Source: an uncultured Dysgonomonadaceae bacterium (lineage in GTDB: Bacteria; Bacteroidota; Bacteroidia; Bacteroidales; Dysgonomonadaceae). Taken from it: a DNA stretch of 57,539 nucleotides. The translations under genes were made by a program, and so were the position numbers. The notes under the pieces are model-generated. The model was not told the origin of the DNA, did not search any database, and saw only the letters and a list, made by a program, of their open reading frames with translations. The DNA lies in assembly GCA_964444915.1 (NCBI GenBank), contig CAYUIY010000001.1, positions 1-57,539 on the forward strand, read 5' to 3'. Positions 9,516-19,172 of this stretch are shown piece by piece (positions within the stretch are counted from its first letter, which is position 1; every line of letters begins with the position of its first letter).

Positions 9516-10527
9516 TGTTTTGGTCATTCGGTTGTCGGCATTTGGTGATGTAGCCATGCTTGTTCCGCCCTTATATTCGGTGGCGAAGGCATATCCGAAC
9601 GACACCTTCTACATTTTGACAAATAAAAATTTCGTTTTGCTTTTTGATCTCGGGTTATCTAATATTCGTCCGATTGGCGTTGATCTCGCAGATTATAAAG
9701 GCATTAAAGGATTGTTTCGTTTGGGGAATTTACTTCGGAAATACAATATCGATAAAGTTGCCGATGTACATGATGTATTACGAAGTAAGTTTTTGAGAGC
9801 TTACTTTGCTCTCTTAGGTAAAAAAATAACCCATATCGATAAAGGCAGGAAAGAAAAGAGAGCTGTTATTTCACATAAAGCCCCCTTACAACCAATAAAA
9901 CATACCATTGATAGATATAGAGACGTTTTTGAAGCAATAGGATATCCTGCGGAAATGACGTTCTCGCATTATTTTTCCAATAAGTCAAGTGAGGTTTCCT
10001 TGCCTGAGAATATTTGTTTTGATCCATCAAAAAAAAATATTGGAATAGCTCCTTTTGCCAAACATAAAGCAAAAATGTATCCATTGGAGAAAATGGAGGA
10101 GGTGATAAAAACACTGAATACTCATTCCGATGTCATTATTTATCTTTTTGGTAGTCAAAAGGAAGCTGAAATAATGAAAAAATGGCAAACGACTTATAAT
10201 AATGTGATTTCTATTGCAGGAAAGCTCGATCTAGCTCAGGAATTATTTCTTATGTCTCAACTTCGGGTAATGCTTTCCATGGATTCGGCTAATATGCATT
10301 TAGCATCGTTAGTAAGAGTACCAACGGTTTCTGTTTGGGGTGCTACTCATCCGTATTTGGGTTTTTATGGTTTTAGACAGTCTATTGATGACGCGGTTCA
10401 AATTGATTTGGATTGTCGGCCATGTTCTGTTTTTGGCAACAAATCTTGTCAGCGTGGCGATTATGCGTGTTTAAATGATATTGATCCTGATATTATTATT
10501 CGTCAATTACAAAAATATTTAAAATAA
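9508..10527 (+). CDS. Glycosyltransferase family 9 (heptosyltransferase-like)
   Basis: RLSAFGDV, DVHDVLRS, DSANMHLAS and WGATHP motifs; CRPCS..G..C. Confidence 0.92.
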   Translation: MANVLVIRLSAFGDVAMLVPPLYSVAKAYPNDTFYILTNKNFVLLFDLGLSNIRPIGVDLADYKGIKGLFRLGNLLRKYNIDKVADVHDVLRSKFLRAYFALLGKKITHIDKGRKEKRAVISHKAPLQPIKHTIDRYRDVFEAIGYPAEMTFSHYFSNKSSEVSLPENICFDPSKKNIGIAPFAKHKAKMYPLEKMEEVIKTLNTHSDVIIYLFGSQKEAEIMKKWQTTYNNVISIAGKLDLAQELFLMSQLRVMLSMDSANMHLASLVRVPTVSVWGATHPYLGFYGFRQSIDDAVQIDLDCRPCSVFGNKSCQRGDYACLNDIDPDIIIRQLQKYLK

Positions 10528-10565
10528 ATTTTGATATATAATTTGTTTTGATTAAACCAAATCAT

Positions 10566-10573
10566 TATTTTTG
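10566..10573 (+). promoter_or_regulatory. -7 promoter element (TATTTTTG) for ssrA
   Basis: TAnnTTTG about 37 nt upstream of the tmRNA 5' end. Confidence 0.6.
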
Positions 10574-10609
10574 TATCTAAGTTTCTGGAAAAGGAGATCA
10601 TTGAAATAT

Positions 10610-11010
10610 GGGGTTGACCGGTTTTGACAGCGAGTAGAAGAGGTTTGTAAGCATGCAGTGCGTTGACGTTTTTGCACTATAATCTCAAGCGTCAAATCAA
10701 TAACTGGCAATGACAATTATGCTCTTGCTGCGTAATCGAAGTATAGTAGATTAATCGCTTAATCCCGGCACAAGGTGCTGGGACAAGACATCACCCGGAA
10801 GCTGTGGCTCCGAAGCGTTCCGATAAGGTGGTGCAGATAAATCGGAGATAGGATGGGCGAGGCTTCGGCGCCTATCCGAAACATAAAGAAGCTAAGGAAA
10901 GAATTGGGTAGCTTCAGCCGCATTCTTTCCCGACAATGAAAGTGAAGCTAAGCATGTAGAAAGCAAATTGCTTCCTCGTTTGGACGAGGGTTCGAATCCC
11001 TCCAACTCCA
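10610..11010 (+). ncRNA. ssrA: tmRNA
   Basis: 5' GGGGTTGACCGGTTTTGACAG pairs with 3' GGTTCGAATCCCTCCAACTCCA; tag reading frame 10706..10735 encodes GNDNYALAA*. Confidence 0.97.
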
Positions 11011-11020
11011 CTTCTTACAT

Positions 11021-11035
11021 TCCCTTCAACTCCAC
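11021..11035 (+). repeat. Partial duplicate of the tmRNA 3' end (att-like)
   Basis: tcccttcaactccac vs tccctccaactccac at 10997..11011 (14/15 identical). Confidence 0.7.
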
Positions 11036-11052
11036 ACACCACCCATAACTTT

Positions 11053-11092
11053 AACGTCCACAAACCAACCGGTTTGTGGACGTTTTATTTTT
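11053..11092 (+). terminator. Intrinsic terminator after ssrA
   Basis: 14-bp perfect stem aacgtccacaaacc/ggtttgtggacgtt followed by a T-rich tail. Confidence 0.88.
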
Positions 11093-11128
11093 ATGACCGA
11101 CACATAGCGATTGCTGAGAAAAAGATAT

Positions 11129-11171
11129 AAAAAACCGCATCGCCATAGTTGAGTAGATAGCACGATGCGGT
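11129..11171 (-). terminator. Terminator of the ECF sigma operon
   Basis: Stem accgcatcg/cgatgcggt with a U-tract on the minus strand. Confidence 0.7.
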
Positions 11172-11215
11172 AACAATCTATCCTAAAACTCTTTTTACCT
11201 CGAATAAATTCTTTT

Positions 11216-11734
11216 TTATTTTTTGTTTTTTACTCCTCGGTTATTGGAATTGCTATTTCTTTGATTGTCTTTTCTCTGTATGTTATTTTCTTTTCGAAAA
11301 CGGTTTACCTCTTGCTGGATAAAGTTTTTTTCGGCTTGTCGTGCTTTATAAAGTTTTTCAGGGGGAAGTATTTTTTCAAATTTATCGGAATATTCTTTGT
11401 CGAGTTCTGCTTCTTTCAGTTTTATTTCAACGTCGTTTTCAAGAATTTTCCGATATTCTTCGTCCGTTATCTCTTCGTTTTTATTATGTATCTGTTTTAT
11501 TTTTTCACGATGTTGTCTGTTCAATTCGAACTTCTTTTGGTTCAGCTCATTATTCAACGGAAAATATTGTTCGGCTTCTTTTGACGACAGACCTGCTTTT
11601 TCTTTCACATATTCCTGTTTTCTTTTTTCGAAATCGGCTATGTCCATTTTTTTATCTTGTGCATGACCAAGTTGAGGAAATATGTAAAAAATAAATACAC
11701 TGATCAATATACCTATAGTTTTTTGGATTTTCAT
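11216..11734 (-). CDS. Secreted helical protein (Spy/CpxP-like), third gene of the ECF cassette
   Basis: Signal peptide (..GHA-QD), charged helical body, LPPEKL motif. Confidence 0.7.
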   Translation of the reverse strand: MKIQKTIGILISVFIFYIFPQLGHAQDKKMDIADFEKRKQEYVKEKAGLSSKEAEQYFPLNNELNQKKFELNRQHREKIKQIHNKNEEITDEEYRKILENDVEIKLKEAELDKEYSDKFEKILPPEKLYKARQAEKNFIQQEVNRFRKENNIQRKDNQRNSNSNNRGVKNKK

Positions 11735-11766
11735 ATTACCGTACTTTTTATTTATTCTCGATATTT

Positions 11767-12180
11767 TTACATATTTTGCATAGAATAAAATTCATCGTAT
11801 AGATAGTCATAATATTCGTCTTCTGTCAATTGCTCTTCAAGATACTGGTAAAATTCTTCTTCAGAAATTTCCACGGTCGACCAGTATTTGTCGGGCTGGA
11901 TGGCTGTTGATTGTATTTCGAAACCGGATGAAGAAGAATAAGTGGATTGATTTCTTGCATTTTTTGTTAAAAATTGAATTGCAAAGAATAATCCTACAAA
12001 CATAGCTGCCAGATAAATCCATGGTTTTACTTTTTCTCGTAAAGGGACTGGCTTAAATTCCGGCATTTTTATTGCAGGCAGACGCTTCATTATTTCTTCG
12101 TTAAACTGTTCGAAATAATTTTCGGGCACTTTAAAAGGGTCTGTCTTATTTATGTCTTCCAGCCTTATCTTAGTTTTCAT
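11767..12180 (-). CDS. Putative single-pass anti-sigma factor
   Basis: PFKVPENYF N-terminal motif, one transmembrane helix, acidic C-terminus; directly after the ECF sigma gene. Confidence 0.75.
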   Translation of the reverse strand: MKTKIRLEDINKTDPFKVPENYFEQFNEEIMKRLPAIKMPEFKPVPLREKVKPWIYLAAMFVGLFFAIQFLTKNARNQSTYSSSSGFEIQSTAIQPDKYWSTVEISEEEFYQYLEEQLTEDEYYDYLYDEFYSMQNM

Positions 12181-12211
12181 ATTTTTTTGTTTCTTGCGCT
12201 ATGCATTAGCA

Positions 12212-12238
12212 TTGACTTTCAAATTAAAAGAAAGTTTA
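12212..12238 (-). promoter_or_regulatory. Candidate ECF-type promoter TAAAC-N17-GTCAA for the anti-sigma gene
   Basis: AAC...GTC spacing typical of ECF promoters; the -35 box overlaps the sigma stop codon. Confidence 0.45.
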
Positions 12239-12793
12239 ATCGACGTTCGATAAAAAATTTTCTATCTTTTTTACTGCGTGATGATAAGATGCTTTTAGTG
12301 CTCCAACAGAGGTGCCTAAAATATCCGACATCTCCTCATATTTCATCTCTTCGAAATATTTCAATTGAAATACCAGTCGCTGTTTATCAGGGAGGGTGAG
12401 GATAGCTTTTTGCAACAATTTTTGAGCTTCGTCTCCATCGAAATATTCATCACTTTCGAGCCGATTAATCAAGAATGAATTTTCTTCGTCTATTGAAATA
12501 TTATTTCGTGCTCGTAATTTATTAAGAAAAGTAATGCTTTCGTTAATAGCTATTCGGTAAAGCCATGTTGATAATTTAGCCTCGCCTCTAAAATTATCAA
12601 TGTTTGTCCATGCTTTTATAAAAACCTCTTGAAGAATATCGTTCGCATCATCGTGTGAAAGTACCATTTTTCTAATTTGCCTATACAAACGTTCGCTATA
12701 TTTTGCAACGAGCTTGGCAAAACCTTCGTACCTGGTTTTGGGATTGCGTATTTGTTTTAATATTTCTTCCTCTGAATAATTGCTTTTTTCCAT
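12236..12793 (-). CDS. ECF RNA polymerase sigma-70 factor
   Basis: Region 2 DILQEVFIKAW...STWLYRIAIN; region 4 LPDKQRLVF...EMSDILGTSVGALKAS. Confidence 0.95.
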   Translation of the reverse strand: MEKSNYSEEEILKQIRNPKTRYEGFAKLVAKYSERLYRQIRKMVLSHDDANDILQEVFIKAWTNIDNFRGEAKLSTWLYRIAINESITFLNKLRARNNISIDEENSFLINRLESDEYFDGDEAQKLLQKAILTLPDKQRLVFQLKYFEEMKYEEMSDILGTSVGALKASYHHAVKKIENFLSNVD

Positions 12794-12838
12794 ACGAATT
12801 GGAGTTCAGCTGCAAAGATAACTGTTTTTTTAATTTGT

Positions 12839-13927
12839 TCACCGAGTTTCATTATCTCCGTGTTCAAACCAGTTCAGAAACTCTTCGGCTTTTGTTTTGT
12901 TGTTGTTCCACCATTCGAGAGATTCAGGAAAATAAGAAACACTAATGTATCGACAATACGTTTCATAATAATTTGAATTCAGAATTTCGGTGAAAAAAGG
13001 TACATAGAAGGTCCAGAATGCATTTTTTTCTTTTGTACCGTCGTTTTCTTTTGCGAGAGCCGAGAGAATGGCTTTGTTGACTTCGGTAAAAGTGGTATAA
13101 AGATCGGTCTCTTTATCATGTGTTTTGAGCGAATCTAAGGTGATGGTGATGGCATGGTAGATGAAATCTCGGTTTAATCCTTGTTCGACGGTGAGAGGAG
13201 GAATTTGGTCGGGATGAATTGCAGATGGATTTCGGTGAAGTTGTTGTTGGACGAAGGAGCGTTCTACGGGTTTTTCTGAGACGGGTTTTATGCGCATGAT
13301 CTGCAGCATTTCTTCGAAAGTGTTTTTTGAGCGTTGACTATCCGGTTCTATCAATAAAAACATCTGAAATGACAAAATGCTTTGTACCCACAATCCGGCA
13401 TCATTCAAGGCATAAGCATTTAATAAAAAAGCGTCGCTATTTGATTTATTTAAATCGATGGATCTTTTTACATGAAGAAGTGCGTTGCCGATATCGTTTT
13501 TTTTGTAATAATTGAGTGCTAAATTGAAATGAAGCAAATAATGATCGCCGTGTTTTTTGAGTGCTTCTTTTAACAAAGCAATGGCTTTATCCAATCGATT
13601 CATTTCTGCAAACGCTTCGCTTTTTACACAGTAAGCCAACATCGATAAGTTCTTATCATCAGCATTGATGACTTGGGTGCTGTATTCCGATGCTTTTTCA
13701 TAATCTTTTAATTCCAAGTAGGAAAGCGCCATCTCGTAAATAGCTTGCAAGGAATGCGGGTTAATGGTAAGGATCTGTTGGTATTTTTCTATTGCTTGTT
13801 GGTATTCTCCCAAATCGTGTAAAATAACTCCTTCTTTAATAAGATTTTGTTCACTTTTCTGGGCGAATAGAAAAGGAGGGAGAGAAAAAAAGAGAATAAA
13901 AAGTAATATGTGTTGTAATTTTTTCAT
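12839..13927 (-). CDS. Secreted tetratricopeptide-repeat protein
   Basis: Signal peptide; about five TPR motifs in the N-terminal half. Confidence 0.8.
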   Translation of the reverse strand: MKKLQHILLFILFFSLPPFLFAQKSEQNLIKEGVILHDLGEYQQAIEKYQQILTINPHSLQAIYEMALSYLELKDYEKASEYSTQVINADDKNLSMLAYCVKSEAFAEMNRLDKAIALLKEALKKHGDHYLLHFNLALNYYKKNDIGNALLHVKRSIDLNKSNSDAFLLNAYALNDAGLWVQSILSFQMFLLIEPDSQRSKNTFEEMLQIMRIKPVSEKPVERSFVQQQLHRNPSAIHPDQIPPLTVEQGLNRDFIYHAITITLDSLKTHDKETDLYTTFTEVNKAILSALAKENDGTKEKNAFWTFYVPFFTEILNSNYYETYCRYISVSYFPESLEWWNNNKTKAEEFLNWFEHGDNETR

Positions 13928-14245
13928 CGTTTTCTTTTTCGACGATAAAAATAAAAATAAAAAAGCGAATTACCCTTTTTCTTTTCAGAAAGAAAAACGG
14001 ATTATAACATTTATAAACAATTCCATGTTCATAAAAAATATTTTTTCATAAATAGGTTGGTGTTTTTAACATGTAATTTATATTTGTATTTCCGACTAAC
14101 CAGAATCAATCGCTTTGTTTTTTGTACAACTTTCAACAAGTTTTGGATAATGAATAGCAAATTTCCGAACATTTTTGTATATTTATTTGTAATTTCGTAT
14201 TCTTTTTTTAAACATTGTACTAAAAAGAGAGTCTAAGTAACGAAT

Positions 14246-16528
14246 ATGAATTACGATGAGAGATTAGCTGCGGAAGAAAAAATGATCAATGAGGAGTTTC
14301 AGGCTCTACTCAATGATTATTTGAACTCGAATCACCGACGGAAAGTTGAAATTATTACTAAAGCTTTTAATGTGGCAAAAGAGGCCCATAAAGGTGTCCG
14401 TAGGCGTTCGGGCGAACCTTATATTATGCATCCGTTGGCAGTTGCGAGGATAGTTTCACGCGAAATGGGGTTAGGGTCTACCTCCATTTCAGCAGCGTTA
14501 CTTCATGATGTAGTGGAAGATACCGATCTCACAGTAGAAGATATTCGAATGATGTTTGGGGATAAGATTGCCCAGATTGTAGATGGACTAACAAAGATTT
14601 CGAGTGGAATGTTTGGAGAAAATGTTTCGGCTCAGGCCGAAAATTTCCGTAAACTTTTGCTCACTATGTCCGAGGATATTCGAGTGGTCCTCATTAAAAT
14701 AGCCGACAGATTGCACAACATGCGCACCCTTTCGTCTTTGTCTCCTGCCAAGCAGTTTAAGATTACGGGTGAAACCATGTATATATACGCACCATTAGCA
14801 CACCGACTGGGTTTGTTCAGCATAAAAACCGAACTCGAAGAGCTGTGTTTCAAGCATGAACATCCCGATATCTATGCCGAGCTTACCAGAAAAATCGAAG
14901 AAACCGCGGCCGAACGCAGCAAGATATACGAAAATTTTGCAGCGCCCGTCAGAGAAGCGTTGGACAAAATGAATATCAAATATGAAATGCGTGATCGGGT
15001 TAAATCGGTGTATTCCATTTGGAAGAAGATGGAGTCGAAAGGGATTGATTTTAACGAAGTATATGACCTTTTTGCTGTACGTATTATTTTTGAGGTTGAG
15101 CCCGGTATGGACGAAAAGAAACAATGTTGGGATATCTATTCCGCCATTACCGATATTTACAAACTTCGTCCCGATCGTATTCGTGACTGGTTGAGTCAGC
15201 CCAAAGCCAATGGTTATCAGGCGTTGCACCTGACAGTTATGGGACCTGATGGAAAATGGATCGAAGTTCAGATTCGCAGTCGTCGTATGGACGATATTGC
15301 CGAAAAAGGTTTTGCGGCTCATTGGAAATATAAAGAAAACAGAGTGGAGGAAGATAATGAACTCGATAAATGGTTGAAAACTGTTCAGGAAATTTTGGCT
15401 AATCCGAGTCCCAATGCCATTGATTTTCTTGATACAGTGAAAATGAATCTTTTTTCATCCGAAATATATGTATTTACTCCTAAAGGTGAAATAAAAACTT
15501 TACCTCAGGGAGCAACGGCTCTCGATTTTGCCTATACAATACATACGCGTATTGGTGACCATTGTTTGGGTGCTAAAGTAAATCATACATTAGTACCTTT
15601 GAGTTATCAGCTCAAAAGTGGCGATCAGGTCGAAATTCTAACTTCGCAGTCTCAATACCCTCAACCGGAATGGTTGAATTATGCTACGACGGCTAAAGCT
15701 CGCACAAAAATAGAAGCAGCATTACGTCGTCAAAAACGAAAGATAGCCGAAAAAGGGCAAAAAATGCTGGAGGAGTTATTCGAAAACCAACCCATCGACA
15801 ACGAAACTTATATCAAGATATTAAATTATTACAGATTAGAAAAAAAAGAAGACCTGCATTATTTAATAGGTAATAAAGATATAACGCTTCCTGACAACCC
15901 TAATGTTTTTTATAAAGTGAAGGAAGGCGTTCCTAAAAGTGAAAATTTGTTTGTTCGTTATGTGAAACAAGCAATGAATGTTATAAAAAAAACGCCACCC
16001 GAACCCAAAATTGTAACCCAGCTTCCTAAAAAGACAGAGGATGCAATTCTTGCTTCAACACCTGTTATTGATACAAAATCGGTATATCTGTTGAAAGAAG
16101 AACAATTCAAGAAAAATTTCATACCTGCACCTTGTTGCAAACCCATACCGGGAGATAAAGTGTTTGGTTTTATCAATGAGAAAAACGAGGTTGAGGTGCA
16201 TAAGCGATCATGTGAAACAGGAATACGATTGAAATCGAATTTTGGAGATAGAATTGTAGCGGTAGAATGGGGGGATTACCGACAGTACTCTTTTTTGGCT
16301 TCTATTGCTTTTACCGGTATCGATCGTATTGGGATACTAAGTAATATTTTGTCGAAATTGTCAGAAGAGGTTGTAGTGAATATTCAAAGCGTGAATGTAT
16401 CATCAAATGATGGTATTTTTGAAGGAGTGATCAACGTATACGTTCATAGTGTGGAAGATGTGAATCTACTTTGCTCAAAGATAGCAAAAGTGGACGGCGT
16501 TACCACCGTCCACCGCTTAATTGTGTAA
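14246..16528 (+). CDS. relA: Bifunctional (p)ppGpp synthetase/hydrolase (RelA/SpoT homologue)
   Basis: RRSGEPYI.HP, HDVVED hydrolase motif, NGYQALH, EVQIR, TGS and ACT domains. Confidence 0.96.
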   Translation: MNYDERLAAEEKMINEEFQALLNDYLNSNHRRKVEIITKAFNVAKEAHKGVRRRSGEPYIMHPLAVARIVSREMGLGSTSISAALLHDVVEDTDLTVEDIRMMFGDKIAQIVDGLTKISSGMFGENVSAQAENFRKLLLTMSEDIRVVLIKIADRLHNMRTLSSLSPAKQFKITGETMYIYAPLAHRLGLFSIKTELEELCFKHEHPDIYAELTRKIEETAAERSKIYENFAAPVREALDKMNIKYEMRDRVKSVYSIWKKMESKGIDFNEVYDLFAVRIIFEVEPGMDEKKQCWDIYSAITDIYKLRPDRIRDWLSQPKANGYQALHLTVMGPDGKWIEVQIRSRRMDDIAEKGFAAHWKYKENRVEEDNELDKWLKTVQEILANPSPNAIDFLDTVKMNLFSSEIYVFTPKGEIKTLPQGATALDFAYTIHTRIGDHCLGAKVNHTLVPLSYQLKSGDQVEILTSQSQYPQPEWLNYATTAKARTKIEAALRRQKRKIAEKGQKMLEELFENQPIDNETYIKILNYYRLEKKEDLHYLIGNKDITLPDNPNVFYKVKEGVPKSENLFVRYVKQAMNVIKKTPPEPKIVTQLPKKTEDAILASTPVIDTKSVYLLKEEQFKKNFIPAPCCKPIPGDKVFGFINEKNEVEVHKRSCETGIRLKSNFGDRIVAVEWGDYRQYSFLASIAFTGIDRIGILSNILSKLSEEVVVNIQSVNVSSNDGIFEGVINVYVHSVEDVNLLCSKIAKVDGVTTVHRLIV

Positions 16529-16546
16529 TATATCGAGGAAAAAATC

Positions 16547-16930
16547 TTATTTCTTTTTTTTGTCTTTTTTGAAAAGTTTCGACATTAGTTTTCTTGTGAC
16601 AAAGGTAATGAGGGCTGGTTTGCCGATACGCCACGTTATTTGTGCAATGTTGGGCAAATTAGAGATCAAAAAATTGCCCCACTTAATTTTGCGTGGTGAA
16701 GTGTGAAAAGTCGTTGTATTATTTGTGCCAGCATAAGAAATATTATCGATGGTTCCTGATAATTTATTTTTAACCCCTCCGGTAATGCTTCTTGTTACGA
16801 TCATTCCCCAATTATCGGCAAGATATCGAAGTTGAAAAAGCATACGCTTTTCCGCTGTGTCTCGTTCTTCGCGAAGCCTTTCTTTTTCGGCTTGAAGCTT
16901 TTCAAAAGGGGTTAATTTGTATTTTTTCAT
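16547..16930 (-). CDS. Hypothetical protein, YtxH/holin-like cluster
   Basis: Start overlaps the upstream stop (ATGA); basic protein. Confidence 0.65.
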   Translation of the reverse strand: MKKYKLTPFEKLQAEKERLREERDTAEKRMLFQLRYLADNWGMIVTRSITGGVKNKLSGTIDNISYAGTNNTTTFHTSPRKIKWGNFLISNLPNIAQITWRIGKPALITFVTRKLMSKLFKKDKKKK

Positions 16931-17316
16931 TTTTTGTCCTTTTTATCTTTTTTATCCTTTTTGTTGTTTTCTTCCATCAAAAAAGAAACTACTCGATTAG
17001 TTATCTTCTTTTTAAACGGTTTTTTCATCAGTAGAAGAATAATAACGATAAAGAGTGTTGCCAGCGATACGATTCCAAAACCAACCCATGTATTTTGGAA
17101 CAACTCGCCAAGATAAAGTCCTATGGTAATAAAAATCAACGATAGTGCAAATAATACACAAACTAGCAGTATCGCACTATAAGCAATTATTGAAGAAGCA
17201 ATACTCAATTTCTCGAAAATTTCGAGTTTTGTTAACTCAATAGTGCTTTTTATATAGTGCGATACATCGTCTCTTAGTTCGTCAAGCAATGCGGTTGGCG
17301 TTTTTTTCTCCATCAT
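16927..17316 (-). CDS. Two-TM membrane protein (phage-holin/YqjE-like family); start moved to MMEKK
   Basis: YIKSTIELTKLE amphipathic N-terminus followed by two TM helices; downstream of the YtxH-like gene. Confidence 0.7.
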   Translation of the reverse strand: MMEKKTPTALLDELRDDVSHYIKSTIELTKLEIFEKLSIASSIIAYSAILLVCVLFALSLIFITIGLYLGELFQNTWVGFGIVSLATLFIVIILLLMKKPFKKKITNRVVSFLMEENNKKDKKDKKDKK

Positions 17317-17335
17317 TAAGTGTGTTAGATGAAAT

Positions 17336-17578
17336 TTATTCTTTTGCCAATTCTTTTTTGGCCACGTCGGCAATATCGTCGATATCTTCTTTAAGATCGT
17401 TTACTCCACTTTTCCCTTTGTAAATGGCCGATTTTATATCGGCTTTAACTTTATCGGCAAATTCGTTAAATTGTTCTAACCATTCTCCCTTTTTGTCTGT
17501 ACCCAACATATAACCTATGGTTGCACCCAGTGCCAAACCAATACCTAAACCTAGTAATAATTTTGTTTCTGATTTCAT
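17336..17578 (-). CDS. YtxH-like general stress protein
   Basis: Gly-rich TM segment LLLGLGIGLALGATIG followed by a charged helix. Confidence 0.75.
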   Translation of the reverse strand: MKSETKLLLGLGIGLALGATIGYMLGTDKKGEWLEQFNEFADKVKADIKSAIYKGKSGVNDLKEDIDDIADVAKKELAKE

Positions 17579-17649
17579 AGTTCTTGTTTTTTTAAATAGT
17601 TTATTATTATTTTTTCAATACCTGTGATGTTTATCATTGTTTTAATGTA

Positions 17650-17674
17650 TAACAGCTGTACAGGAAAAATGTTT
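17650..17674 (-). promoter_or_regulatory. Candidate ECF-type promoter AAAC-N16-TGTTA upstream of the YtxH-like gene
   Basis: aaacatttttcctgtacagctgtta on the minus strand. Confidence 0.4.
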
Positions 17675-17684
17675 GTAGTGATTG

Positions 17685-19052
17685 TTAAAAAATAGAGGAG
17701 ACCATAGAACAAACGGGTTCGCCGAAAAGCGTTGCTGAAGTGTAACCGGTTATTTTAACCTTGATGGTTTCACCGATGCGATGATCCCCTTTATCGAAAA
17801 TAACTACTTTATTTTGATCCGTACGACCGAAAAGTTGCTGGCGCGAACGTTTAGAAAAACCTTCTATCAGCACTTCGAATTCTTTGCCTACATCTTTTTG
17901 ATTGCTTTTGAGCGAGAGGGTATTTTGCAGATCGATGATTTCCTGTAGGCGGCGAATTTTTACTTCTTCAGGAACATTGTCGCTTAGTTTTTTTGCTGCA
18001 TAGGTACCCGGACGCTCAGAATATTTGAACATAAAAGCCGAATCGAAAGCAGCCTCTTCCATCAACGACAACGTTTCTTGATGATCTTCTTCGGTTTCGG
18101 AGTAAAATCCGCACATGATGTCGGTCGACAGTCCACAATCCGGAATGATGCGTCGTATTGCGGCAATTCTGTCCAGATACCACTCCCTGTCGTATTTTCG
18201 ATTCATGAGCTTCAATATTCGCGAGCTTCCCGATTGTACCGGAAGATGAATAAAGTTACACAAATTTTTGTATTTAGCAATGGTTTCGAGTATTTCATCG
18301 GTCATGTCTTTGGGATGAGAAGTGGTGAAACGGATGCGCATATCGGGGGCTTCGCGTGCCACCATTTCGAGCAAAGCGGAGAAATCGATTGTTTGATTTC
18401 CATCGGCATAAAAGTAGGAATTCACATTTTGCCCCAGCAGGGTTACCTCTTTAAATCCTTTCCGGTGCATATCACGTAATTCGGTGAGGATGCTTTCGGG
18501 TTCACGACTACGTTCTCGTCCGCGTGTATAAGGAACAATACAATAGGTGCAAAAATTATCGCAACCGCGCATAATGGTAATGAAACCCGATATCCCGCCA
18601 CCAATTTTCATAGGGATGACATCTTTGTAGGTTTCGGTTTTCGAAAGTTCTACATTGATTACTTTTTCTCCCTGTTCAGCAAGGCCGATGAGATTTGGCA
18701 AATCCAGATAAGCATCCGGTCCAACAACCATATCCACATTGTATTCCTCAATGAGTTGGTTTTTAAGTCTTTCGGCCATGCATCCTAAAATTCCGATAAT
18801 GAGTTTGTTTTTTCGTTTTCGCTTCAGTGCATTCAAGTATTCGATCCGTTGAATCACTCGTTTTTCGGCATTATCTCGTATAGAACAGGTGTTTATAAAA
18901 ATAACGTCGGCCTCCTTCACATCAGGGGTAAGTGTATATCCATCCATTTTCATGATGGATGCAACTACTTCTGAGTCGGCCACATTCATCTGGCAGCCGT
19001 ATGTTTCTATAAATAATTTTTTATCGGTTATGTCAATCGAATTTACATTCAT
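17685..19052 (-). CDS. miaB: tRNA-2-methylthio-N6-dimethylallyladenosine synthase
   Basis: TYGCQMN, NTCSIR, radical-SAM CDNFCTYC, TRAM domain. Confidence 0.97.
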   Translation of the reverse strand: MNVNSIDITDKKLFIETYGCQMNVADSEVVASIMKMDGYTLTPDVKEADVIFINTCSIRDNAEKRVIQRIEYLNALKRKRKNKLIIGILGCMAERLKNQLIEEYNVDMVVGPDAYLDLPNLIGLAEQGEKVINVELSKTETYKDVIPMKIGGGISGFITIMRGCDNFCTYCIVPYTRGRERSREPESILTELRDMHRKGFKEVTLLGQNVNSYFYADGNQTIDFSALLEMVAREAPDMRIRFTTSHPKDMTDEILETIAKYKNLCNFIHLPVQSGSSRILKLMNRKYDREWYLDRIAAIRRIIPDCGLSTDIMCGFYSETEEDHQETLSLMEEAAFDSAFMFKYSERPGTYAAKKLSDNVPEEVKIRRLQEIIDLQNTLSLKSNQKDVGKEFEVLIEGFSKRSRQQLFGRTDQNKVVIFDKGDHRIGETIKVKITGYTSATLFGEPVCSMVSSIF

Positions 19053-19159
19053 GTTGTTACTATCCTAAAATTATTGATGTTAAACAATTTTGAAATTAAG
19101 AATCATCCTAAATAAGTGTACTTTTTACCTAAAACGTTGTGGTTTTAATTCGTTTGTTA

Positions 19160-19167
19160 TATTTTTG
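19160..19167 (+). promoter_or_regulatory. -7 promoter element (TATTTTTG) for the candidate sRNA
   Basis: TAnnTTTG followed within ~85 nt by a terminator. Confidence 0.5.
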
Positions 19168-19172
19168 TCTTC

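Noticed and set aside
13928-14245. oriC at the DnaA-box-like cluster
   Set aside because: By eye, minus-strand genes on both sides favour C-ending codons, so no strand-skew switch is evident; there is no perfect TTATCCACA box. Cumulative skew was not computed.
16547-17578. Prophage lysis module (holin-like gene)
   Set aside because: The YtxH plus holin-like trio is a common chromosomal stress cluster; no endolysin, integrase or structural genes are nearby.
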